This document shows, piece after piece, positions 35,023 through 44,074 of a stretch of 64,000 nt of DNA; position 1 is the stretch's first letter, and every line of letters starts with the position of its first letter. The notes beneath the pieces were generated by a model, which saw nothing but the letters and a program-made list of their open reading frames with translations, ran no database searches and had not been told where the DNA came from. Source of the DNA: an uncultured Candidatus Binatia bacterium (GTDB lineage Bacteria; Desulfobacterota; Binatia; UBA9968; JAJDTQ01); contig OZ219754.1 in NCBI GenBank assembly GCA_964291295.2, positions 2,432,001 to 2,496,000 on the forward strand, given 5' to 3'. The position numbers were made by a program, and so were the translations under genes.

Positions 35023-36582
35023 ATGGCGGACGAATCGATATCTGGCAACGACGACTTGGCGCGGCGTTTCCTTCAAACAGCGGTAGTGGTTGACGACGAG
35101 GCGCATATGCCATTCGCCGGAGATAGTCAGCCAGAGGCAGGACTGGTGGTACCGGGCCGGCGCACACGGACATTGAGCCGGGATAGCCGGGGCACAGCAG
35201 GTCGCGACTCGATTCATACCTTGGATGCAGCTTCGATCATGGATGCCTTTTCAGGCCTTGGTGTCATCTGCGGAGTGGTCGGTCCCACGGATTCAGCGAT
35301 GAAAACGATGAGAAAGGCCGACATCGTGATCCTCGACTGGCTTCTGAAGGACGGCGAGTCCCGGTATACGCTGAAGTTGATTCGGGAACTGCTGGCAGGG
35401 GAAGAAGCGGACAGGAACTCACTTCGAATCGTGGCTATATATACCGGAGAGGCCAGGTTGGAAGAAATTTCCACGGCCGTCTTCGAGGAATTGCAGCAAG
35501 CCGGACTCGATCCCGATTGGGTGGGGGAAACAAAGGTAAAAATCTCATACCGACATGGTTGCGTTGTTCTCTACGCCAAATCCAACGTAAATCTGGTGGA
35601 GCATTTGAAGAGCAGGAGTGTTGCTGAGGAAATCCTGCCGGAGAGGTTGGTAGAGGATTTTGCGTTGATGACTCGCGGTTTACTTCCTGGTATTGCGCTA
35701 ACCTCGCTGACGGCGGTTAGAGAGGGGGCGCATCAGGTCTTGGACCAATTCAGCGCTGAATTGGATCCCGCGTTTCTTGCTCACAGAGCATGTCTTTCCA
35801 GTCCAGAAAATGCAGAACAACAGATCGTAAATCATGTTGCTGAAGAGCTTCGCGGTCTGATGGACAACGCTGTTTCAGGAGTATCTCCCGCAAGCGCGAA
35901 AGCTGTCGAGAGTTGGATACGGCGCAACGGAACGGTGAACTTTGTGTTCGGCGACCGGCGTCTCGATCTGGAACAGACCATCGTGTTGGCGAACAAGGGG
36001 TTGATGGAAAGCGAGCTAAGACATAACGCATTTGAAGGACTCTCTGCCGGCTTCGCGGGCCATGATGCTGGCGGTCTTGATGAGCGGCTGGCTTGGATCA
36101 TGAGTTCCCGAACGGTATACAGAGCGCCACCGCCGATTTTGTGGTTGGGTGCCTTCATCACGATGTCCAAGTCTGATGGCGAACAGCATTTGATCTGTAT
36201 GAGGCCTCGATGTGATTGCGTAAGGTTGAATAAAGAAACTACGTTCTTTTTTCTGCCATTGGCTACCCCAAAGGAAGGAATGGAGCAAATCATCTTAAAC
36301 GTCAATGATACATTTGAGCGACTGGGCATCGAAAGTGATCCAAGCGGCTGGGTTCTTCGACAATTCAAACCATTTGAGGGTAATGGCGTCGTAACCGCAA
36401 CAAAGCGGGAATCAGATGGTGGCTTCGAGTTTGCGGATACCAATGACAATCGGTACAAGTGGCGAGGAGAACTCAAGGCCGAGTATGCTCAAAGGATCGC
36501 CCAGAAATTTGGAACGACTCTGAGTCGCGTTGCGATTGATGAGTCGGAATGGCTTAGGAGGATGGCCAGAAAAGGACGCTGA
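35023..36582 (+). CDS. Response-regulator receiver-domain protein with a large uncharacterised C-terminal region
   Basis: TAVVVDDE acidic pocket, IVILDW phosphoacceptor, IYTG, YAK; C-terminal RPRCDCVRL and YAQR...SRVAIDE. Confidence 0.8.
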   Translation: MADESISGNDDLARRFLQTAVVVDDEAHMPFAGDSQPEAGLVVPGRRTRTLSRDSRGTAGRDSIHTLDAASIMDAFSGLGVICGVVGPTDSAMKTMRKADIVILDWLLKDGESRYTLKLIRELLAGEEADRNSLRIVAIYTGEARLEEISTAVFEELQQAGLDPDWVGETKVKISYRHGCVVLYAKSNVNLVEHLKSRSVAEEILPERLVEDFALMTRGLLPGIALTSLTAVREGAHQVLDQFSAELDPAFLAHRACLSSPENAEQQIVNHVAEELRGLMDNAVSGVSPASAKAVESWIRRNGTVNFVFGDRRLDLEQTIVLANKGLMESELRHNAFEGLSAGFAGHDAGGLDERLAWIMSSRTVYRAPPPILWLGAFITMSKSDGEQHLICMRPRCDCVRLNKETTFFFLPLATPKEGMEQIILNVNDTFERLGIESDPSGWVLRQFKPFEGNGVVTATKRESDGGFEFADTNDNRYKWRGELKAEYAQRIAQKFGTTLSRVAIDESEWLRRMARKGR

Positions 36583-38013
36583 CTATTCCAGCCTACGGCA
36601 GCGCGAAATTTGGGACAACTGATAAGGATGTGCCTGTCCGGTTACAACGAGTCCAAGCTCGGGTGCGTAGGCGGCACCCCCGCATGGCTTTCCGGCTTCG
36701 CGCCATCCGACGCCGACGGCAGGGGATCTACAGATCTGACCTCGAGGGAGGATCGCCCTTTCTCCGGCGACACCGGGCCTTGATGACACGAGCATGTCGC
36801 CCCATGCATCGCCGTGCTCCGCCTCGTCCGGCAGCGGCTGCGCCTCCGCCCTGTATCCCATGGCTCGCGCGATGACGGCCGCGGCCTGCGCGGCGGCGTC
36901 ACGCAGCGCGCCGTCGTCGAGATGGGCGTAGATCGCGGTGGTCTCCCGCTTGCGGTGTCCGAGCAGCCATCCGACCGTGGTGAGCCCGACGCCGTTCATG
37001 ACGCCCTGGGAGGCCCAGGTGTGGCGGCAGTCGTGGATGCGAAGGCCGGGAAGCCTCGCCTCGTCGCGGATACCGCACCAGAAGGTGTAGAGCCGGGACG
37101 ATGTGAGGGTCTCGGGGAACACCCGCTCCCGGCCATCCGGCCGCGGCGGTTCCACGATCAGCCGTGCCGCTTCCGGCCCCAGGCAGGTGGTGCGCGGCCC
37201 GGTTTTGGAGCCTTCGATGCGCGCGCTCGCGCCGTCTCCGGTCAGCTCTCCGATCTCGTCCCACCTGATGTTGATGACTTCGGAGAGCCGCGCCCCGGTG
37301 AGCGTCAGCAGCCGGATGGCCGCCACCGGCCAGGGGTGTTCCTCCCGGTGGCGGTCGAGCACCGCGCCGAGACGCTCCAGCTCTTCGCGGTCGAGATAAC
37401 GCGCGACGGGCTTGCGGGGGTTCTTCACGATGTTGGCGCAGGCATCGGGGACATGCTCGCCGAGGTCGCCCCACTGGCGGGCCGTCCCGAGCATGGCGCG
37501 GAGTATCTCGAAGGCGCGGTTGGCGGCGCCGGGCCTGTCCGCGCTGGCGGCGTCGAACCTCGCCGAGACCCGCGCAGGGTCGATGGCGTCGAGCCGGAGC
37601 CTGCCGAAATGCGGCATCAGGCGGTTCTTCAGGTAGATGTCGAAGGTCACGAGCGAGGACGGTTTCCAGCGGTGTTTCCGCCGCGAGCGGTAACGGGCGG
37701 CGAAGTTCCGGAACAGCGGCGCCTTCTCCTTGCGCGGCGGCGTCACGTCCTCGCCGCCCCACAGGCGGGCGAGCACGGCCGCGCCTTCCCGGCGGGCCGC
37801 GTCGAGAGGCAGTTCGGGGAAGCGCCCGAGGGTGATCTTGCGCATGCGTCCTTTCACGCGGGTCTGGACGATCCAGGACCTGACGCCGGAGGGCTGCACC
37901 CTGACCCCGAAATGCGCCAGCAGACTGTCCCACAGGGTGTATTCCCGTTCCGCCGGCTTCGCGGCGGCGACGGCCTTCACGGTGAGCCGGATACGATGCC
38001 TGCCGCCGCTCAT
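36583..38013 (-). CDS. Tyrosine recombinase/integrase 2 with N-terminal arm-binding domain
   Basis: LTVKAV...P..REY.LWD...FGVRV.PSG; catalytic TGARLSE, SKTG, HDCRH, LGH, IYAH; the C-terminal tail may be read-through. Confidence 0.9.
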   Translation of the reverse strand: MSGGRHRIRLTVKAVAAAKPAEREYTLWDSLLAHFGVRVQPSGVRSWIVQTRVKGRMRKITLGRFPELPLDAARREGAAVLARLWGGEDVTPPRKEKAPLFRNFAARYRSRRKHRWKPSSLVTFDIYLKNRLMPHFGRLRLDAIDPARVSARFDAASADRPGAANRAFEILRAMLGTARQWGDLGEHVPDACANIVKNPRKPVARYLDREELERLGAVLDRHREEHPWPVAAIRLLTLTGARLSEVINIRWDEIGELTGDGASARIEGSKTGPRTTCLGPEAARLIVEPPRPDGRERVFPETLTSSRLYTFWCGIRDEARLPGLRIHDCRHTWASQGVMNGVGLTTVGWLLGHRKRETTAIYAHLDDGALRDAAAQAAAVIARAMGYRAEAQPLPDEAEHGDAWGDMLVSSRPGVAGERAILPRGQICRSPAVGVGWREAGKPCGGAAYAPELGLVVTGQAHPYQLSQISRCRRLE

Positions 38014-39152
38014 CGTGTGCCCTCCTTCCCGCTTCCGGTCATGGCGCCGTGTACGATGCCGGAGATGCGCCCGGCCGCCTCGCGGACATGCTCGTCGGCG
38101 AGATGGGCGTAGCGTTCGGTGGAGGCGACATCGGCATGGCCGAGCAGGCGGCCGACGGTGTAGAGGTCGAGACCGCTCATCACGGCATGGGAGGCGAAGG
38201 TATGCCGGCAGTCGTGGATGCGCACGTCGTCCAGCCCGGCGAGATTGCGCAGCTTCTGCCAGCGCAGCCCGAGGTCGGTCATCGGGCCGTCGCCCTTCCT
38301 GTTCGGGAAGACGAAGCGTCCTTCGCGCGGCAGGGTGTTGAGCACCGCCCGCGCGGGCGGGGGAAGCTGGACCGCCTTCGGCCCGGTCTTGGAGTCGGGC
38401 AACACCGCGGGTGTGTCCCGTATCCAGTCCCATTGCAGGCCGGCGATCTCGGACGACCGGGCGCCGGTGAACAGCAGCAGGCGGACGGCGGCGGCGGCCT
38501 GCCGGTCCTCCGCATGGCCGAGCACGAAACCGAGGCGCTTGAGTTCCTCCAGGGAGAGGAACCGCTCGCGCGGCGCCGTCCTGTAGCGCCGCATGTTGCG
38601 GCAGGGGTTGGAGCCCTGCGGGCGAAGGTTCCAGAGTTCCGCCTGCCGCATCATCACCGACAGCACCGGCAGGGTCCGGTTGGCGCTTCCGGGGGCGCCG
38701 CCGAGGGAATCGAACCAGCGCCGCACATCGGCGCGGTCGATCCCGGCGCCGGGCATCGCGCCGAAGAAGGGCACGAGGCGGTGCTTGATCAGGTGGGCGT
38801 TGCCCTTCCTCGTGGAGTGCTTCCAGCGCCGCCCTTGACGGCGCATGAAGTCGGCCGCGAAGTCGGCGAACAGCGGCCCGGTCTCGCGGTCGGCTTTGGC
38901 TTCGGCGATGGCGGCAAGGGCCTTCTCCCTCGCCTCGGCGGCGGTCATCTCGTCGGTCGTGCCGAGGACGATCTTCGGGGCGCCGATGGGGCGTGAGGCC
39001 CGGACGAAGAAGGTCTTGGTCCCGTTCCCGACGACGGTGAAGCCGAAGGCGGGCAGGTTCCTGTCGATGACGGTCAGACCGTATCGTCCGGGTTTCTTCT
39101 CCCTGAAGGTGCGGCGGGCCGTCCGCTCGTTGACGGGGGCATGGATGCGCAT
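38010..39152 (-). CDS. Tyrosine recombinase/integrase 1 with N-terminal arm-binding domain
   Basis: D..LPAFG..V...GTKTF; catalytic TGARSSE, SKTG, HDCRH, LGH, RYAH; ATGA coupling to integrase 2. Confidence 0.9.
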   Translation of the reverse strand: MRIHAPVNERTARRTFREKKPGRYGLTVIDRNLPAFGFTVVGNGTKTFFVRASRPIGAPKIVLGTTDEMTAAEAREKALAAIAEAKADRETGPLFADFAADFMRRQGRRWKHSTRKGNAHLIKHRLVPFFGAMPGAGIDRADVRRWFDSLGGAPGSANRTLPVLSVMMRQAELWNLRPQGSNPCRNMRRYRTAPRERFLSLEELKRLGFVLGHAEDRQAAAAVRLLLFTGARSSEIAGLQWDWIRDTPAVLPDSKTGPKAVQLPPPARAVLNTLPREGRFVFPNRKGDGPMTDLGLRWQKLRNLAGLDDVRIHDCRHTFASHAVMSGLDLYTVGRLLGHADVASTERYAHLADEHVREAAGRISGIVHGAMTGSGKEGTR

Positions 39153-39287
39153 GGGCGTGTCTCCGTTGTCTGTTCCCTCGGGCGCCGTCCGTCCCGGGGG
39201 AACGGAACGACGCTCTTGAACGGACAACGCGCCCCGCGTGGGGGACCGCGGCCAGAGGCCGGATCAGGCCCAACCGTCTGTCACGCA

Positions 39288-39299
39288 ACGGAAAACTCC
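39288..39299 (+). repeat. Candidate attR core
   Basis: ACGGAAAACTCC about 140 bp upstream of the integrase 1 start; matches 19837-19849. Confidence 0.4.
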
Positions 39300-39426
39300 C
39301 CACCGATGCAGGCCGGCCTGGCCTCGCTCTTTGCATCAAGGATGCGTGGGGTGTGCTATGGTTCGCTATGGTTGCGGTCCGCGCACCCGGCCTTCACCGG
39401 CATCGCGCGTACCGGCTTGCCTTCCC

Positions 39427-40314
39427 ATGATCGACGCCACCACCGAAGCCATCCTCTACGCCCTTGCCGCCGGCGTCATCTGGGGCGTGGCCCCGGCCCT
39501 GCTCAGGAAGGGCATGGCCGAGTCCAGCGTGAGCATGGCCACGATGCTGGCCCAGTACGGATCCCTGGCGGCCTTGGTGGCGGCGACCATGTGGCGCGGG
39601 GAGTTCGTGGCGCTGGACTGGCCTCCGCTGCTCTCCTTCATGCTCACGGGTGTTGCCGCCTGCCTGGGGAAAGTCTTTCTCAATCGGGGCATCGCCAGCG
39701 TGGGGGCGTCGAGGTCGGTGACGGTGAAGAACTCCTCGCCGCTCATCACCGTGCTGCTCGGATGGGCGCTGCTGGGCGAGCGGGTGGGTTGGGAGATCAC
39801 CGCGGGGGTGGTGGTGATGGTGGCCGGCGTGCTGTTGCTGACGGTGAGCCCGCTGAAGGGGGGGAAGGCCCCGGACCGACCGGCCGGTCTCATCTATCCG
39901 TTCCTGTCGTCGCTGGCGTTCGGGATCAATCCGATATTCAAGAAGTGGGGACTGGTGGCTGCCGCCGTGCCCGCCCTGGGAACGCTGGTCAACCACATGA
40001 CCGCCACGGTGCTCCTGTTTACCGCCGGCCCGTCGCTGGGCATCCATCCGTGGCGGCGGGAGAGGGTACCGCTCAAGAGCGCGGCGCTCTTCGGCATCTC
40101 CGGCATTGCCGAGGCCATGGCGTCGCTGTGCACGTACAAGGCGTTGCTGCTGGCGTCCGCGGTCCTGGTGGCGCCCATCTGGCGCATCTCGCCGCTCATC
40201 ACCTTTGTCCTGTCCCGTTTCACCCTCCGTGCCCTGGAGAGCGTGACCCCGCGGGACGGTCTGGCCGCGGTTCTCATTGTCGCCGGCGTGTGGGTGCTCG
40301 CCCACGGCAGCTGA
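39427..40314 (+). CDS. DMT/EamA family transporter
   Basis: Two 5-TM repeats, P.IT.LLG..LLGER. Confidence 0.85.
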   Translation: MIDATTEAILYALAAGVIWGVAPALLRKGMAESSVSMATMLAQYGSLAALVAATMWRGEFVALDWPPLLSFMLTGVAACLGKVFLNRGIASVGASRSVTVKNSSPLITVLLGWALLGERVGWEITAGVVVMVAGVLLLTVSPLKGGKAPDRPAGLIYPFLSSLAFGINPIFKKWGLVAAAVPALGTLVNHMTATVLLFTAGPSLGIHPWRRERVPLKSAALFGISGIAEAMASLCTYKALLLASAVLVAPIWRISPLITFVLSRFTLRALESVTPRDGLAAVLIVAGVWVLAHGS

Positions 40315-40395
40315 AGGGCCGCGGTCCGCGGACGGGACGCGGCCGTGCGGCCCCGGGAGACCTGGGAGCACGGCGTTCCCGGCCAGACACCTGAA

Positions 40396-40435
40396 GACCT
40401 GACTCCGCGGCCCGGGGGACCTGACTCCGCGGCCC
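40396..40435. repeat. 18-bp direct repeat upstream of the ADH promoter
   Basis: GACCTGACTCCGCGGCCC at 40396 and 40418; TTGACA at 40471. Confidence 0.6.
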
Positions 40436-40524
40436 TGGGGCGAAGCCGGCGGAGGTCCGGTTCCGCGCCGTTGACAAACCCGGCGCGGCCCCGCACACCT
40501 TACGGACTCTCAGGGAGGTGACCG

Positions 40525-41697
40525 ATGGCGGTTTCAGCATTCGAGTACAGCAATCCGCGTGTGGAGCGCATCGTTTTCGGCCGCGGGGTGGTCAGGCGGC
40601 TGGCGGACGAGGTCCGGCGCCTGGAGGCGCGGCGCGTATTCGTGGTGACGTCTCCGTCCATCGCCCGGACGTACCTGCTGGACGCGGTGAGGTCGGCGTT
40701 GGGAGACCTGTGCGCGGGGGTTTTCGACACGGTGAAACCGCACTCGCCCACGGACTCCGTTGCGGTGGCGGCGGGGCAGGCCGCGGCGGTGGCAGCGGAC
40801 GCATTGGTCAGCGTCGGCGGCGGCAGCTCCATCGACACCGCCAAGGGCGTGGCGGCATTCCTCGCCGAGGGACGCCCCCTGAAGGAGCTGGCCACCCGGT
40901 TCATTCCGCCGGATCAGAAGCAAGTGCCGCCCATGCCGGCCCCCAAGTTGCCGCACCTGGCCGTTCCGACGACGTTCTCCGGCGGCGAGTACAGCTATTC
41001 CGCGGGTCTGGCGGAAGCGGGCCGCAAGCTCATCCTGGCCGATTCCAAGTTGTCGCCGCGAACGGTCATGCTGGATCCGGAGGCGGCCCGGACCGCTCCG
41101 CCCAGGCTGCTGGCGGCGTCGGGCATGAACGCCCTGGCCCACTGCGTGGAAGCCGTCTACTCGACCCAGACCCAGACTCTGAGCCAGGCCTGGTGCCTGG
41201 CCGCAATCGGGCCCATTACCACTTTTCTGCCGCGGCTGGTGGCGGACACGAACGACCTCGAAGCCATCGGCGAGATGCAGGTTGCCGCCACACTCTCCAG
41301 CATGGGAGTCTACAGCGCCTGGACCGGCATCCACCACGGCATCGTTCACGTCATCGGCGGCCGCTTCACCGTCCCCCACGCCAATATCCACGCCCTCATG
41401 CTGCCCTACGCCATGCGCTGGAACCTGGACGGCACCACCGAGGCCATGGCCCGCATGGCCCGCGCCATGGGGGTCCGCGAAACCGACGACGCCAAGGCTG
41501 CGGCCGCGGCGCCGGAGGTGGTGTACGGCATGAACGTGGCGATGGGGCTGCCGCTGCGGCTCCGGGAGCTGGAGATTCCGCGCGACGCGCTGCCGTCCCT
41601 GGCCGAGGCGGCGCTGGAAGACATCAGCACCCACAACAACCCCAAGAAGATCCACTCGGCGTCACAGGTGCTGGAGTGCCTGGAGATGGCCTGGTAG
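40525..41697 (+). CDS. Iron-containing alcohol dehydrogenase (maleylacetate reductase/HOT-like)
   Basis: GGGSSIDTAK, VPTT..G.E, NALAHCVEA, HHG..H, PH iron ligands. Confidence 0.88.
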   Translation: MAVSAFEYSNPRVERIVFGRGVVRRLADEVRRLEARRVFVVTSPSIARTYLLDAVRSALGDLCAGVFDTVKPHSPTDSVAVAAGQAAAVAADALVSVGGGSSIDTAKGVAAFLAEGRPLKELATRFIPPDQKQVPPMPAPKLPHLAVPTTFSGGEYSYSAGLAEAGRKLILADSKLSPRTVMLDPEAARTAPPRLLAASGMNALAHCVEAVYSTQTQTLSQAWCLAAIGPITTFLPRLVADTNDLEAIGEMQVAATLSSMGVYSAWTGIHHGIVHVIGGRFTVPHANIHALMLPYAMRWNLDGTTEAMARMARAMGVRETDDAKAAAAAPEVVYGMNVAMGLPLRLRELEIPRDALPSLAEAALEDISTHNNPKKIHSASQVLECLEMAW

Positions 41698-41919
41698 CGG
41701 GTATTCGCCGGACGGCGCTTCGCTCATCCGGGCGGTGGCGGCGGCTGACGATCCGCCGGCGGCCGCGGGCCGCGCTTCATGGCGGTGTCGATGCGGTGTC
41801 GATGTCGTCCCGCGCCTGCCCTCGTGGAGCGGGCCAAGCCTTGGCCCACCACGGGCGGCATCCGGTCCACCTGCCCCTGGTCCGCCGGCGGGACCGCCGG
41901 CATGGATCACGGTTCCGCG

Positions 41920-42894
41920 CTATAGCTCCCGGGCGAGTTCCACGACGCGTCTTCGCTGCTCCCGGGTGCCCAGGGGCATGAGCAGGGGAAGGTCGAGGCC
42001 GCCGGCAACGAACGCGTCCAGACGCCGCCGGCATTGTTCCGGGGTTCCGGTGACGGAGTGGGCGTACACCACCTCGTCGCTGATGAGTTCCCTGGCCTCC
42101 TTCCATGCCCGCCGACCGATGGCGTCGGCGAGTCGGTCCTGGTCCACCGTGCCGCCGCCGAGCCGGAGATTCTCGGCGTGGTGCCGGTTGCGGAAGATGT
42201 AGGCGAGGAACGTCCTGGCGGCGTCCATGGCTTGCCGCGGGTCGTCGCCGGCCGAGGCGGCGATGAATCCCGCCACCGTCCCCCGGGCCGTCTTCCCGGC
42301 CCGGGCCGCTCCGGCCTCCACCTCCTGGACGCAGCGCCGGATATAGTCCGGCGTGCAGCCCGCCGACAACAGCACGCCGTCGCCGATTTCGCCCGCCAGC
42401 CGCAGCATCCGGGGCCGCACCGCGGTCATGTAGATGGGGATCTCGCTCGCCGGTACGAGTCCCATGCGGGCCCCGCGCATGGTGAAGACCTCGCCCTCGA
42501 ACGCGACGGTCTCGCCGGCCAGCAGCCGGCGCAGCAGCGTCACGTACTCGCGCATGGTCCGCAACATCCGGTCCGCCTCGATGCCGATCTCCCGCAGCGC
42601 CGCGGGGTTGGCCGTGCCCGCCGTGGCCGCCACCCGTCCGGGGGCGAACTCCTCCATGGTGGCCAGCGCCATGGCGGTGACCATGGGATGCCGGGAGTAG
42701 GGGCTCAGGGGCGCCGGGTTGACCTTGATACGCCCGGTTCTGGCGAGAAACGCCATGGCCGAGGCGATGGAATCCCGGAAGCAGATGTGGTCGGACATCC
42801 AGATGGAATCCATGCCGATGTCATCGGCCAGCCGCGCCAGTTCGATCATTTCCTGGATCGAATAGAAGCCGTCGAAACACAAGCCGGCGTGCAT
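41920..42894 (-). CDS. LLM-class flavin-dependent oxidoreductase
   Basis: W.SDH, YSRHP...A...AT.....PGR, IPIY..A..PRM..LAGEIGDG. Confidence 0.88.
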   Translation of the reverse strand: MHAGLCFDGFYSIQEMIELARLADDIGMDSIWMSDHICFRDSIASAMAFLARTGRIKVNPAPLSPYSRHPMVTAMALATMEEFAPGRVAATAGTANPAALREIGIEADRMLRTMREYVTLLRRLLAGETVAFEGEVFTMRGARMGLVPASEIPIYMTAVRPRMLRLAGEIGDGVLLSAGCTPDYIRRCVQEVEAGAARAGKTARGTVAGFIAASAGDDPRQAMDAARTFLAYIFRNRHHAENLRLGGGTVDQDRLADAIGRRAWKEARELISDEVVYAHSVTGTPEQCRRRLDAFVAGGLDLPLLMPLGTREQRRRVVELAREL

Positions 42895-42939
42895 GCCGGC
42901 CAGACTAGAACAAGGGCGGCGCGAATGAAAGGCGGTTTC

Positions 42940-44049
42940 TCAATGGAAGCCGGTTTCCAGGATGGCCGGAAGCGCGCCGGCGTCGGCCTCCCGGAGTCCC
43001 ATGCGGGTCAGCGTAAGGCCGTGCCGGCGGTAGTCGGTGTGGTTCATTTCCGAGGCCAGGGTGATGAGTGCGTCGATCACGGGAGTCTCGATCCGCAGCA
43101 GGTCGGCCAGTGCCGCCATGGGCACGAGGCCGTAGCCCACGTCCTCGTGGACATAGCGGTGGTCGTGGGTGGCGGGCGCGACGAGGGTCTTGTTGGGCTC
43201 GCTTTCCTGTGTCGCCTGGAAGACGGACCCGCTTTCCAGTGCGGCGTCCGAGGTGAGGCCGGCGGCGTGGAATATCTCCACGAAGGAGCGCGGCGGCAGC
43301 CCCAGCGCGCGCACGATGTCCAGGCGTTCGCGGTCCACCGCCTCGATGATGCGCGCCACCGCGGGGGAGAGGGCGTGCCGGTAGAACAGCAGGTCGCCGA
43401 CGTGCCGCTCGATCCAGCCGGCGTTGCCGACCATGCCGGCGGGATGCATGATCGCGTTGATGTTGGACAGGCCGGTCTCCAGCACGTTCTCCGCGGGCGT
43501 GATGTTGGGAAACACCGCCGCCATCCCGGGCAGCAGGTCCGGACCCGAGGCAGCCGGGAAGGCCGCGCACCCGAGGTTGGCGGTACGCCGATAGATTTCC
43601 ACCCGGGCCGGACCGGTCATGCGGCAGATGCTGGTAAGGGTGACGGTTTCGCAGCACCGGATCGGGACGCGGCAGCCCGCGCGCCGCAGTGCGTGCGCGA
43701 AGTGCAGGCTGCCGCCGGTCTGGCCGGGGTTCAGATGCACGATGGGGTTTTCGTCCAGCAGCGGCGCCAGGGCGCGGGCCATGAATTCGTGGGCCAGCGC
43801 CGGGGCGGCGATGGTGACGAGGTCGGCGCCGGCCACGGCCTCCCGCAGCACCGGCGTGATCACGCGGGGGCGCCCGAAGGTTTCCCGACCGTACTCCACC
43901 AGCTCGATGCCGCCGCGCTGCCGCAACGGCGCCAAGGTCTGCTCCGAGCGCGAGTAGAGCCGGGTCTCGAAGCCCCGGGCCGCGAGGTCCGCCGCGGTGG
44001 CGCATCCACCGTTGCCGGCGCCCAGGACGGCGACTCTTTCGATGCTCAT
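42940..44049 (-). CDS. NAD/NADP octopine/nopaline (opine) dehydrogenase family
   Basis: VLGAGNGG, L.NINAIMHP, VD.ER, HRYVHEDVGYGLVP. Confidence 0.88.
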   Translation of the reverse strand: MSIERVAVLGAGNGGCATAADLAARGFETRLYSRSEQTLAPLRQRGGIELVEYGRETFGRPRVITPVLREAVAGADLVTIAAPALAHEFMARALAPLLDENPIVHLNPGQTGGSLHFAHALRRAGCRVPIRCCETVTLTSICRMTGPARVEIYRRTANLGCAAFPAASGPDLLPGMAAVFPNITPAENVLETGLSNINAIMHPAGMVGNAGWIERHVGDLLFYRHALSPAVARIIEAVDRERLDIVRALGLPPRSFVEIFHAAGLTSDAALESGSVFQATQESEPNKTLVAPATHDHRYVHEDVGYGLVPMAALADLLRIETPVIDALITLASEMNHTDYRRHGLTLTRMGLREADAGALPAILETGFH

Positions 44050-44074
44050 GGTCGAGCCGGATGCCCGGTGTCCA

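Larger units (their letters stand above)
19842..39299. mobile_element. Integrative genomic island (~19.5 kb) with tandem tyrosine integrases and defence cargo
   Basis: Two integrases at the right end, ssb/DUF2493 backbone, TA plus R-M cargo, AT-richer segment about 29.3-36.6 kb; candidate flanking repeat ACGG(T)AAAACTCC. Boundaries are inferred. Confidence 0.75.

Noticed and set aside
36583-39339. 918-aa ORF suggesting one giant integrase
   Set aside because: The first ~440 aa are an off-frame read of integrase 1; the true integrase 2 starts at ATG 38013.
41707-41733. REP-like hairpin GCCGGACGGCGCTTCGCTCATCCGGGC between convergent genes
   Set aside because: Single imperfect copy seen in the window; cannot be supported as a REP family.
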